In this document: positions 41,185 to 50,309 of the stretch, in pieces
Layout of the letters: every line of letters starts with the position of its first letter
Numbering within the stretch: position 1 is the first letter of the stretch
Assembly: GCA_963422645.2 (NCBI GenBank)
Contig: CAXXVO010000006.1
Coordinates: 64,001-128,000 of the forward strand
Source: Alphaproteobacteria bacterium
GTDB lineage: Bacteria > Pseudomonadota > Alphaproteobacteria > UBA828
Direction: 5' to 3'
Length of the DNA: 64,000 bases
Translations under genes and position numbers: made by a program
The notes under the pieces: generated by a model
The model's database searches: none
Told to the model about the DNA's origin: nothing
What the model saw: only the letters and a program-made list of their open reading frames with translations

Positions 41185-42117
41185 GTGGCGAAGACGATTT
41201 ACTTCAGCCATCCCGTGTGCGCGGACCACGACCCCGGCGCGCGGCACCCGGAGTCGGGCGCGCGGTTGGGGGCGATCGAGGAGGCGCTCGCCGCCGACGA
41301 ATTCGCGGCGCTCGATCGCCGCGAAGCGCCGGTGGGCGAACCCGAGATCCTCGCCTGGGCGCACGACCAGCAGCTGGTGGACGCCATTCTCGCCAATGTG
41401 CCCGATGAAGGACGCGTCGCCATCGACGCCGACACGGTGATGTCGCCGGCCTCGGGCGAGGCGGCGCGGCGGGCGGCGGGCGCAGTCGCGGCTGCGGTGG
41501 ACGCGGTATTCGCCGGCGAGGCGGATAACGCATTCTGCGCGGTGCGCCCACCGGGCCACCATGCCGAGCCCCGCCGGCCGATGGGATTCTGCCTCTTCAA
41601 CAATGTCGTGATCGGGGCCGAGCGGGCGCGGCGCACCCACGGGCTGACACGCATCGCCGTGGTCGACTTCGACGTCCACCACGGCAACGGCACGCAAGTC
41701 GCGTTCGAGCAGGACGGCGACCTCTTCTTCGGCTCCACCCATCAATCGCCGCTCTATCCGGGCACAGGCGCGGCGAGCGAGACCGGCGTCGGCAACATCG
41801 TCAACGCGCCGCTCTCGGCGGGCACGGGCTCCGCTGGCTTCCGCGACGCGATGGAAAGCCGCCTGCTCCCGGCACTCCGCGATCACCGGCCGGAGTTGAT
41901 CCTGATTTCGGCCGGCTTCGATGCGCACCGCGACGATCCGCTGGCGAACCTGGAACTCGTCGAAGACGACTATCGCTGGATCACCACGGAATTGACCCGG
42001 CTTGCGGGAGAGGTGTGCGACGGGCGCGTGGTCTCGACCCTCGAAGGCGGCTACGACTTGCGCGCCCTCGGTGCCAGCGCAGCAGCCCACGTCGAGACGC
42101 TGATGGCCGCGGACTAA
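41185..42117 (+). CDS. Histone deacetylase-family protein
   Basis: HPE..RL, RPPGHHA, GFCLFNN, DFDVHHGNGT, SAGFDAH, LEGGY. Confidence 0.93.
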   Translation: MAKTIYFSHPVCADHDPGARHPESGARLGAIEEALAADEFAALDRREAPVGEPEILAWAHDQQLVDAILANVPDEGRVAIDADTVMSPASGEAARRAAGAVAAAVDAVFAGEADNAFCAVRPPGHHAEPRRPMGFCLFNNVVIGAERARRTHGLTRIAVVDFDVHHGNGTQVAFEQDGDLFFGSTHQSPLYPGTGAASETGVGNIVNAPLSAGTGSAGFRDAMESRLLPALRDHRPELILISAGFDAHRDDPLANLELVEDDYRWITTELTRLAGEVCDGRVVSTLEGGYDLRALGASAAAHVETLMAAD

Positions 42118-42129
42118 GCCTGGCTGGCC

Positions 42130-42429
42130 TCAGCCTGCGGCGTCCTCGTCCGGCGTGACGGTCTTGAGCGCCAGCGCGTGCACGTCGGTGCGCAACTCGT
42201 CTTCGAGCACCCTGTAGACCAGGCGCTGGCGAGCGACCCGGGAAAGACCCGCGAAGCGCCCCGAGGCGATCTCGACGGTGAAGTGGCTTTCGCCCTCGGG
42301 CCGCGCACCGACATGGCCGGCGTGTCGCGCGGAATCGTCCACGATGTCGAGGCGGCTCGGCGTGAGCGCCTCGCTCAGCTTTTGGCGGATCGCGGCCTGG
42401 ACCCGCCCGCCCTCACCCTCAATCGTCAT
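42130..42429 (-). CDS. bolA: BolA-family protein
   Basis: DDSARHAGH...GESHF...FAGLSRVARQRLVY...VHAL. Confidence 0.88.
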   Translation of the reverse strand: MTIEGEGGRVQAAIRQKLSEALTPSRLDIVDDSARHAGHVGARPEGESHFTVEIASGRFAGLSRVARQRLVYRVLEDELRTDVHALALKTVTPDEDAAG

Positions 42430-42465
42430 GCCTCGATCCGACTCCGATCCAGTCACCCCACACAT

Positions 42466-42560
42466 CGTCATGCCCGGATTTGTTCCGGGCATCCATCTCG
42501 GCCATATCCCTTGGAGGGTAGGCGGCTGCATGGATGGCCGGAACTAGTCCGGCCATGACG
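42466..42560. repeat. Alphaproteobacterial palindromic REP-like doublet
   Basis: CGTCATGCCCGGATTTGTTCCGGGCATCCAT ... ATGGATGGCCGGAACTAGTCCGGCCATGACG: two hairpins in inverted orientation. Confidence 0.75.
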
Positions 42561-42606
42561 TGGTAAGGGCGCAGCGCAAAACCGTACGATCGTCTCGAGC
42601 GAGCCA

Positions 42607-42912
42607 CTACAGCCTCTTCTCGAAGTAGAAGCGCATGGTGTCGTCGGTAGTCTCGATCCGGCCCGAGAACGAGGTGAGGTTGACCTCCAGCTCCGCGATC
42701 CGGAACGGCCGGCCGAGCACCCGCGCCACGGTTTTGGCCCGCACCACGCACTCGCCCTCGGTCTCCGCCCTGACGTAGGCGACGCGGTCTTCGACCGTGA
42801 ACTCCTTGCCTGGATTGTCTTCCTGCAGGGCCTCGACCACGGCGTCGGCGACCTCGCCCGCGCGCAGCACCGGCCCCACCGAATTCTTGCGGGCTACGTC
42901 GTCACCGCTCAT
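42607..42912 (-). CDS. tmoD: Monooxygenase effector/coupling protein (TmoD/MmoB-DmpM family)
   Basis: VGPVLRAGEVADAV.EA..EDNP..D..AYVR..LGRPF..LEVNLTSFSGRI. Confidence 0.85.
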   Translation of the reverse strand: MSGDDVARKNSVGPVLRAGEVADAVVEALQEDNPGKEFTVEDRVAYVRAETEGECVVRAKTVARVLGRPFRIAELEVNLTSFSGRIETTDDTMRFYFEKRL

Positions 42913-42939
42913 CGCCGCTCCTTCCCCTTACCCGCGCCG

Positions 42940-43275
42940 TCAGGGCTTGGCATGTTTGGGCTCGATGCCTTCGACGTCCACCAGGACGTCCTCGCCCTCG
43001 ATCTTGACCGGGTATTGGGCGATCTCGGCGTGCCCGGGGTTCACCCCCTTGCCCGCCACCACGTCGAACTCCCAGAGGTGCATCATGCAGGTCAGCACCC
43101 GGCCTTCGAGATCGCCGTCCACGAGATCGACCTCCTGATGCGGGCACTGCGCCTGGATCGCGTGAATGCCTTCGCCTTCGACATGGACGAGCAGCACCTC
43201 GGTGCCGCCCACGTCGAAGGTCTCCATGTCGCCTTCCCAGATGTCGTCCAGCGTGCAGGCCTTCTTGAACGCCAT
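42940..43275 (-). CDS. tmoC: Rieske ferredoxin of toluene-type monooxygenase
   Basis: CTLDDIWEG.M, CPHQ...C..HLWEFD. Confidence 0.85.
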   Translation of the reverse strand: MAFKKACTLDDIWEGDMETFDVGGTEVLLVHVEGEGIHAIQAQCPHQEVDLVDGDLEGRVLTCMMHLWEFDVVAGKGVNPGHAEIAQYPVKIEGEDVLVDVEGIEPKHAKP

Positions 43276-43310
43276 GCGTCGGTCACTCCATCCCCGGTGC
43301 GCGCAGGCGC

Positions 43311-43580
43311 CTAGGGCTCTTCAAAGTAGATGTCGATGCAGTCGTAGAAGCGGATGCCCGCCTTCTCGACGGTGAGATCGCGCGGCCAGGCCGGCGCGGA
43401 GTCGTCCTCGGTGGTGGGCCGTACGCGAAGGGTCCGGCCGGGCTTGTCCGCCACGTGCAGGTCGATCGAGTGGAAGGCGCAGGTCGCCGCCACCTCGTCC
43501 ATGGTCTGGCCAGGCTGGATTTCCACGGTCTTGATGTGCGCATCCTGCTGGAAGCGCGAGAGGATCGGGAACGCGCTCAT
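43311..43580 (-). CDS. tmoB: Hydroxylase gamma subunit (TmoB family)
   Basis: MSAFP..S.F..D...TMDEVA..A.HS...R..TV..AG; canonical position after alpha. Confidence 0.8.
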   Translation of the reverse strand: MSAFPILSRFQQDAHIKTVEIQPGQTMDEVAATCAFHSIDLHVADKPGRTLRVRPTTEDDSAPAWPRDLTVEKAGIRFYDCIDIYFEEP

Positions 43581-43613
43581 GCCGCTCTAATTAACGCTAC
43601 AGATGCCGCTTGG

Positions 43614-45104
43614 CTATTCCGCAGCCTGGGCCCGAAAACCCTCGACCCAGCCGTAGTCGTGGCCGTCGCGGCCGCCCTCGCTGATGACGCCGATGCCCAT
43701 GTATTTAAGCACGTTCTCCAGCGTCGGCGGATCGATCTCGCCGGAATACATGCGGTCCACGATGGACTCGTGATCCTTGTAGCGCTCCGGGTCGGTATCG
43801 AAAATCCAGCGGCACACCTCGGTGCAGAAGTTGTAGCGCCGCTCGCCGTACTCGCGCTGATAGGCGCGGGCGCCCCACTCCGGGCCTGGCCGGTGCGAGA
43901 TCGGGATCTGGCACATGTTGCAGATGATCGGGATGCACTGGGGATGGGTCTTCTCCTCGTGCCCCTGGAGCAGGTTGTCGGTGATCACGTCCCAATAGCT
44001 GCCGTAGCTCTTGTTCCAGCCGGGGTATTTCTCCTCCAGCCACGCGCGCTCCTTGGGCCCCACCGCACCCGGCGGGTTCCACCAGACCGTCGGCCGCCAC
44101 GACCAGATGCCGCCCTGCTGGCAGTGGTGGTGGTTGTCGATGTCCAGGAGGAAGACGTCCCAGTACCACGGCCGCTCCAGGCCGAGGTCCTGCACCTGCC
44201 GCTCCCACTGGTTGATCACCCACTCGTGCATGAACTCCTTGAAGGACATGTGCCGCTGCTCGAGCGGGATGTAGTAGTCCATCGGGATGCCGACAGTGAT
44301 CGAGAAGAGCCGCCAGACCCGCCAGAGCGCGATGTCCATCGCCTGCTGCGCTTCCTTCTTGCGGCCGTTGCGGATCATTATCTCGATGGTGGGCGTGCCG
44401 AGCTGGGCGTGACGGGCCTCGTCCGACTGGATGCTGGTAATCAGATTGGCGAAGGTGTGATCGCCCATGTTGGCGGCGTCGGTGGAGAGGCCGATCATCT
44501 GCAGGTTGGTGAGCGCGGTCTCGAACGCGAAGGAGACCATCACCGAGGACGTGACGGCGTCCCGCGTCATCATGATGTCGTCAAACGCATGGCGGCCGCC
44601 GAGCACCGCCCAGTTCTTGGAATGCTGGGCTTCGTGAGCCCAGTCGTACTGGCGGTCCAGGTGCACCAGCTCATGCGGGAAGAAGAGCTGCAGCTGGGTG
44701 TGCCGCAGCTCGTCGAGCATGCCGTAGACTGACATGTTGCGCATCGCCGGAGACGGGCCGAAGCGCGACATCCGCGCCTGGAACTGGCAGGCCTGATACT
44801 CGGTGAGCGCCACCGCGCCATAGTGCAGCTTGAGCACGCTCGCCCAGCCCTCGTCGGCCTGGTCGTAGAACTTCGAGCGCGCCAGCGCCGCCTTCACCGA
44901 GTAGGCGGCCGAATCCTTCTCGCGCTGAATGTTCACGTATTCGCGGTAGGAGACCTTGTAGGGCTCGTCGAAGGTCTCCCACTCCTCGGTGGGGATGCCG
45001 TAGGGATCGCCCATCTCGGGCGGAAAAAGCTCCTCCTGCGAGACGTAGGAGGGCGTCCAGTTGGTATCCCGCGCGATATCGTACCACTCGGAGCGTTCGA
45101 GCAT
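43614..45104 (-). CDS. tmoA: Soluble di-iron monooxygenase hydroxylase alpha subunit (toluene/alkene type)
   Basis: WYDIARDTNWTPSYV; DELRH and DEARH iron ligands; WRPTVWW.P; YHS-like tail; GGAGG before ATG 45104. Confidence 0.9.
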   Translation of the reverse strand: MLERSEWYDIARDTNWTPSYVSQEELFPPEMGDPYGIPTEEWETFDEPYKVSYREYVNIQREKDSAAYSVKAALARSKFYDQADEGWASVLKLHYGAVALTEYQACQFQARMSRFGPSPAMRNMSVYGMLDELRHTQLQLFFPHELVHLDRQYDWAHEAQHSKNWAVLGGRHAFDDIMMTRDAVTSSVMVSFAFETALTNLQMIGLSTDAANMGDHTFANLITSIQSDEARHAQLGTPTIEIMIRNGRKKEAQQAMDIALWRVWRLFSITVGIPMDYYIPLEQRHMSFKEFMHEWVINQWERQVQDLGLERPWYWDVFLLDIDNHHHCQQGGIWSWRPTVWWNPPGAVGPKERAWLEEKYPGWNKSYGSYWDVITDNLLQGHEEKTHPQCIPIICNMCQIPISHRPGPEWGARAYQREYGERRYNFCTEVCRWIFDTDPERYKDHESIVDRMYSGEIDPPTLENVLKYMGIGVISEGGRDGHDYGWVEGFRAQAAE

Positions 45105-45291
45105 CGCCAACCTCCCACACGCCAACGGTCCCGGGGCGCCGCAGCCGAGCGCCGCTGCCGCCGCAACGTCCGTCATTGTCTTGTCATCGCCCAGCCGACG
45201 CAAGCGCGGGCACGGGGGCAGTCCGAGCCAAGGACGCGAGAGCCGGGCTCTTCGCCACAGCCGCGCGCGTGCATGCAATCGAAGCCAGAGG

Positions 45292-46339
45292 TCATTGGCC
45301 GTCCGTGCCGAGATAGATGCCGGAGCCGATGACGCCCCACTGGTCACTGTTGGGCACCGGGAAGCTCACCGCGTAACCGAACTTCGGGGAACCGGTTTCC
45401 TCGTCTCCCTCGATGGCCGGGTTGTCGTAGTGATATCGCAGGAACTTGTGCCCCTCGCGCCGCGCACCTCCGATCAACTCCTCGGCGATCTTCACCCCTT
45501 TGGAGTCCGTCCTCACCATGTCCGTGGGCTTTCCTTCGCGATAGGGCTCCGATCCGTGAAACAGGGTGACGCCCCCGCCACTCACGACCCATAGGTATAT
45601 GGACCCTGATTTCCAGTCCCCTCCTTCCTCCCGGAAGGCGTTTCTGACAGCGGTGAGGCCGCTGTAGCCTTCGGACATAACGGCTTCGCGGTAGGTCTCG
45701 GCTGCTTCCTCGACGAAGGCGATGAGTGTCTCGGGGTCCACGACCTGCGATGCGGTAACGGCGGGCTTCGGCAGATCCACGATCTGGATTGGGACATCCG
45801 AGACGTCCTGCGAATAGCCGCCGACCAGCACGAATTGTCTAGCGGTGATCCCGGAGGTGTACTCGACAGCGTAGGCCGTCTTCGGCCCGCCGTCGTGGTA
45901 TTCGACGAAACCGCCGCCCCCGGCAGCGGCCGCGAAGAGCTCCTCGACGACCCTGGTTCCGCGTTCGTCCTCGACGCCGAGCAGATTCTTGCCCTCCGCC
46001 GTGCGATCGTTCCCGTGGATGAAGGGCTCCCCGCTCTTGAGGAAGATGACGAGGAAGATCGATCCGGACTTCCAGTCGCCCTCCGTTCTCAGCCCCTCCC
46101 TGAGCTTTGCTCCTTCGTTCATGTCCGTGATCGCCTCGATATGCTCCTTTGCACCTTCAACAAAGGACTTCAGGCTTTCAGGGTCCGTCACTTCCCCGGC
46201 AACAGCTTCTCGCGCGAGACGAAGTGCTTGGGCAAGCGCCCCTTGCGGCCGGAGTAGACGTCGTTTGAGCTTGTGAGGCAGAGCTCGCGAAGATGCCCAG
46301 AGCCAGAACCGCAGCCGCGATCCGCGTTCTCGTCATCAT
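45292..46339 (-). pseudogene. Secreted protein with two Cache-like repeats, frameshifted by a 58-bp IS-A fragment
   Basis: Signal peptide; duplicated TA..V.DPE.L..FVE.A...R.EG.WKSGSI.L units; frame restored by removing 46202-46259. Confidence 0.75.
46202..46259 (-). mobile_element. 58-bp internal fragment of IS-A transposase gene
   Basis: Exact reverse-complement match to 33600-33657 of copy 3; no IRs. Confidence 0.9.
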
Positions 46340-46480
46340 GGATTTCTCCCCTTGTCTGCTCAGAAGTGAAGTTCTCGATGTCGCGCTGAGCGAGCGACGC
46401 AACTTACCATGGGAAGCGCTCGCCGTGCCGTTCGCCAATCGGCTGCCCGCGCCGCCGAGCCCTCTCCTGCCGCTGTGCCG

Positions 46481-47467
46481 TCATCGGCGGCGGCGGTGAT
46501 GTCGCCGGCCTCGATCGTGTCGCGGCCTGCTGCCTGCGCCACCATCCAGGCGCGGCCCGGAGTTCGGCGCTTTACGGCGCCAGGGCCCCAGCGCCTTCAG
46601 GGCGCGGTTCGGATAATCCGTCACGATGCCATCGACGCCGAGCCGGGCCAGCGCCTCCATGTCGGGTGCCTCGTTCACCGTCCAGACGATGACCTTGAGG
46701 CCGAGCGTCCGGGCTTCGGCGAGCGACTCTGCCCTCAGGTCGGCGTGGAAGGGCATCCATAGCGGGGTCCCGAATCGATGGACCAGCCTCGGCACCGAGC
46801 CGCCTTCCGCGTCGACACTCAGGCCCGCGGTCCAGGGCGAGGGCTCGGCCCGGCCGCGCAGTAGGGTGTCGCGCCAGCCTCGTTCGGAGGTCAGGCAGGC
46901 GATGGAGATTTCCGGCGCAATCGCGCGCAACTCCCGAAGCACGCGCCAGTCGAAGGACTGGACGGTCGCCCGGCCGCTCATCCCTTCCGCCCGCAGCACC
47001 GCTACAACCGCCAGCGCGAGCGCCTCGGGCTCCGCCGATTCGTGCGCTTCGAGCGGTGACGACTTGATTTCGACATTGAAGCGGACCGCGCCGGCTGCCG
47101 GCCGCCGCCCCAGCGCCAGAACGTCCGCCAGGGTAGGGATCCGAGCGCCGTCGCGCGGCTCCTGGTGCGGAAAGCGCATGGCTGTCCGGCTACCCGGCCT
47201 GGCTCTGCCGACATCGAGGCCCGGCAGTTCCGCCAAGTCCAGGTCCTTGAGCAAGGGCCCCGGTCCTTCGAGCCACACCCCGCTGGCGCCGCGCGTATGG
47301 TCCGGGTTGAGCGCCGTGTCGTGATGGACCACGGGAACGCCGTCCCGGGTCATGCCGATGTCCAGCTCCAGCGCATCGACGCCGAGAGCGATTGCGCGCT
47401 CGAACCCGGGCAGCGTGTTTTCCGGCAGCAAACCGCGCGCGCCGCGATGGCCATGTATCTCCAACAT
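46481..47467 (-). CDS. Glycerophosphodiester phosphodiesterase
   Basis: HGHRGARGLLPENT, LELD..VVHHD, NVEIK, QSFDW, WTVN, TDYP. Confidence 0.92.
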   Translation of the reverse strand: MLEIHGHRGARGLLPENTLPGFERAIALGVDALELDIGMTRDGVPVVHHDTALNPDHTRGASGVWLEGPGPLLKDLDLAELPGLDVGRARPGSRTAMRFPHQEPRDGARIPTLADVLALGRRPAAGAVRFNVEIKSSPLEAHESAEPEALALAVVAVLRAEGMSGRATVQSFDWRVLRELRAIAPEISIACLTSERGWRDTLLRGRAEPSPWTAGLSVDAEGGSVPRLVHRFGTPLWMPFHADLRAESLAEARTLGLKVIVWTVNEAPDMEALARLGVDGIVTDYPNRALKALGPWRRKAPNSGPRLDGGAGSRPRHDRGRRHHRRRR

Positions 47468-47773
47468 CCGTGCGCTTCCCGTAGTGCGGTCTATTTGCGC
47501 CTCCTGGTCATGGGGCTCGTCCTCCTTCTCGTCATGCGTGTCAGCCCGCACGCCATCATAGCGGAACGGCGCGGGCGCCGAGGCGGCCCCCGCCAACGGC
47601 CCCGGACGCGCAACAAATTTTGTAACTACCCAGGTACCCCGCCGCCAGTTCTGAGTGCGTGCTGATGTTGCTTGCCGTCGGTGCCGTTTCGCCGTCGGCG
47701 CGTCGTTGATCCCCGCTTGACTGTATAGGTTCTCTCGCCTATGGGTTGCACTCTCGCATGAGAGGAGCAGCCG

Positions 47774-48442
47774 GTGGGGTATTTCGGGTCGAAGGCGACG
47801 ACCGGTCTGAGCCAGGCGCTGATTGCGCTGATGCCGCGGCACTCTGTCTATATCGAGAGCCATCTTGGGGGCGGGGCGCTGATGAAGCGCAAGCCTGCGG
47901 CCATGCGCTCGATCGGGATCGACCGCGACGAGCGGGCGCTTGAGGCCTTTGGCTGCGACTACCCGGTGGAGTTGGTGCACGGCTGCGCCCATTCCTTCCT
48001 GGCCTCGTTCCCGTTTCTGGGCCCGGAGCTGGTCTACAGCGATCCGCCCTATCTGCACGCGACCCGGCGTTCGTCGCAGCGCTACCGCTTCGAGTACGAG
48101 GAGGCCGACCACGTCGCGCTCCTCGAACTGCTCAAGGGTCTGCCCTGCCAGGTGATGGTCTCGGGCCACCCGTCTGCGCTCTATGACGAGCTGCTGGCGG
48201 GCTGGCGCCGGCTGGCGCTGCAGGTGACGACCCAGGCCCAGGTGCGGACCGAGGTCGTGTGGTTCAACTTCGCGCCTGACCGGGTGCACTGGGCGAGCTT
48301 CGCCGGCCGGAACTTCACCGAGCGCCAGTGCATCAAGCGCAAGGCGGCCAACTGGGGCCGGCGCTACGAGGCCATGCCGGCGGGCGAACGCCTGGCGGTG
48401 CTGGCCGCGATCATGGCCGTCGAGGCCGACGAGGGTTCGTGA
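47774..48442 (+). CDS. Compact Dam-like (alpha-class) amino-methyltransferase
   Basis: GYFGSK (motif X), ESHLGGGA (motif I), YSDPPY (motif IV); GAGGAG RBS. Confidence 0.85.
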   Translation: MGYFGSKATTGLSQALIALMPRHSVYIESHLGGGALMKRKPAAMRSIGIDRDERALEAFGCDYPVELVHGCAHSFLASFPFLGPELVYSDPPYLHATRRSSQRYRFEYEEADHVALLELLKGLPCQVMVSGHPSALYDELLAGWRRLALQVTTQAQVRTEVVWFNFAPDRVHWASFAGRNFTERQCIKRKAANWGRRYEAMPAGERLAVLAAIMAVEADEGS

Positions 48443-49980
48443 CAGTGTCGCGCTGGCACGAGGACCTCGCTGCCCACGACGAGGCCTTCGCGTGCCTGCA
48501 GGACCTTTTCACCCCACAATCCTTCGCAATGACCGCCGTCAAGGCCATTCGGGAATGGGGCCAGGGGTTGCTGCGCCTGAGCGCGGCCCTGGTCAAGGAG
48601 AACGACGCGCTGGAGCGGGAGAACGCCCGCTTGCGCGAGCGGATCGCCGAACTCGAGCGCAGCGCCGCGCTCGACAGCACCACCAGCTCCAAGCCGCCGG
48701 CCAGCGACGGTCTGAAGAAGAAGAGCGGTGACCGGGAGAAGCGCACCCGGAGCCAGCGCGGCAAGTCCGACAGGCCCAGTGGCGGCCAGCCGGGCCACAA
48801 GGGAACTACCCTGGAGCGGACCGCGACGCCCGACCATGTCGTCGATCATGATCCGTCCGCCTGTGAGGGCTGCGGCGCGCCGCTGTCGGACGCTGACCGT
48901 CACGGAGCCCCCGTCTGCCGGCAGGTCTTCGATGTGCCCGAGCCGCAGCCCCTCGAGGTCACCGAACATCGCGGCCATCGTTGCCTCTGCGCTGCCTGCG
49001 GCACCGTGACGACAGCCGTCTTCCCGAACGGCGTGAGCGCACCGGTCCAATACGGGCCGCGCATCACCGCGTGGGTGACCTACCTGCTGCACGCTCAGTT
49101 CATTCCCGAGAAGCGGGTCGCCGAGGTCATGAGCGACCGCTTCGCGGTCAAGCTCTCAACAGCCACCATCGTCGCCATGGGAAGGCGCACCGCCCGGCGC
49201 TTCGAGGGCTTCCTCGATCGCCTCGCGGAGATCATCCGCACCGCAGCCCCAGTCAAACACCTCGACGAGACCGGCATCCGCATCGCCGCCCGGACCCATT
49301 GGCTCCATGTGCTGTGCACCCCGTTGCTCACCATCCTGCGCGTCGCCACCGGGCGCAGCCACATCGACGAGAAGCTCAACGGCATCGTCATCCATGACGA
49401 CTACGCCACCTACTTCGCTCTCGAGGGCGTGCGCCACGGGGCCTGCAACGCCCATCACCTGCGCGAGCTCCAAGCCCTCATCGAGATCGAGAAGGAAGAC
49501 TGGGCAACGAGCACGCACCGGCTCCTCATCCGTGCCAACAGAGCCGCCCGCTTCGCCCACAAGAACGACCGCGACGTGCCCGCCTCACTGGTGGCCCGCA
49601 TCTCGCGAGCCTGGGACCGCATCCTCGAACGTGCCATCGCCTCTCACGAAGAAATGCCACCGCTCCAGACCGGAAAGCGCGGACGACAAAAGCGCCGCAT
49701 CGGTCACAACCTCGCCCTCCGACTCCAGAAGTACAAGGAGGGGTGCCTGCGCTTCCTCACCGATCCGCGAACCCCCTTCTCCAACAACGAGGCCGAGCGC
49801 GACCTCCGAATGGGCAAGCTGCGCCAGAAAATCTCAGGCGGCTTCCGCTCGATACAAGGCGCCCGCGACTTCGCAAACCTGCGATCCGTCATCGCCACCG
49901 CTCGAAAACAGCGCTGGAATGTCCTCGAAACCCTGGCGCACCCCGATCCAATCCAGCTGATCCCCGTATTGCGCTTCTGA
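48439..49980 (+). CDS. IS66-family transposase
   Basis: Coiled coil plus SSKPPASDG, GGQPGHKG, two CxxC pairs, HLDETG / IHDDY / NNEAERDLR; GTGA overlap with MTase stop. Confidence 0.93.
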   Translation: MTVSRWHEDLAAHDEAFACLQDLFTPQSFAMTAVKAIREWGQGLLRLSAALVKENDALERENARLRERIAELERSAALDSTTSSKPPASDGLKKKSGDREKRTRSQRGKSDRPSGGQPGHKGTTLERTATPDHVVDHDPSACEGCGAPLSDADRHGAPVCRQVFDVPEPQPLEVTEHRGHRCLCAACGTVTTAVFPNGVSAPVQYGPRITAWVTYLLHAQFIPEKRVAEVMSDRFAVKLSTATIVAMGRRTARRFEGFLDRLAEIIRTAAPVKHLDETGIRIAARTHWLHVLCTPLLTILRVATGRSHIDEKLNGIVIHDDYATYFALEGVRHGACNAHHLRELQALIEIEKEDWATSTHRLLIRANRAARFAHKNDRDVPASLVARISRAWDRILERAIASHEEMPPLQTGKRGRQKRRIGHNLALRLQKYKEGCLRFLTDPRTPFSNNEAERDLRMGKLRQKISGGFRSIQGARDFANLRSVIATARKQRWNVLETLAHPDPIQLIPVLRF

Positions 49981-50104
49981 AATCCTGCGCTGCTCCGGGA
50001 AAGCGCCGCCTGACCCCTGGCTGGTCAGAACCATCAATCCATCACGTCCGAGTGCTCGGCAGAATCAGACCTGGGCAGTTACCAAATTTTGTCCAGGATT
50101 CGCC

Positions 50105-50165
50105 GGGACAAGTGGGATGTAAGTGGGATAAGTGGGACAAGTGGGATAAGTGGGACAGGCGGGAT
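50105..50165 (+). repeat. G-rich 9-bp tandem repeat GGGA(C/T)AAGT
   Basis: About six units plus a partial one; one unit carries a 2-nt insertion. Confidence 0.85.
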
Positions 50166-50309
50166 GCTGCGAGACGAGCGGTGGCCGGTGCGAGCGGCAC
50201 CCCCTCGGCCGGGAGGCACCCTCTTGCCGCAACTGTCGCGCTCTGTCCGCCCTCGATCCACATGGCGCGACCATGACGCGCACGCCACGCGCCGTGCACC
50301 GCACTATGT

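Larger units (their letters stand above)
47622..50082 (+). mobile_element. IS66-family element carrying a DNA adenine methyltransferase
   Basis: 14-bp IRs GTAACT(A/G)CCCAGGT; 8-bp TSD CAAATTTT (47614-47621 / 50083-50090). Confidence 0.93.

Noticed and set aside
46481-48289. 602-aa phosphodiesterase, plus other long N-terminal extensions (1006-aa OYE, 554-aa SDR, 895-aa CoxL)
   Set aside because: Extensions overlap other genes or IS66 and are open by chance; family motifs begin at downstream starts.
50105-50165. CRISPR array
   Set aside because: 9-bp units without unique spacers; no cas genes in the window.
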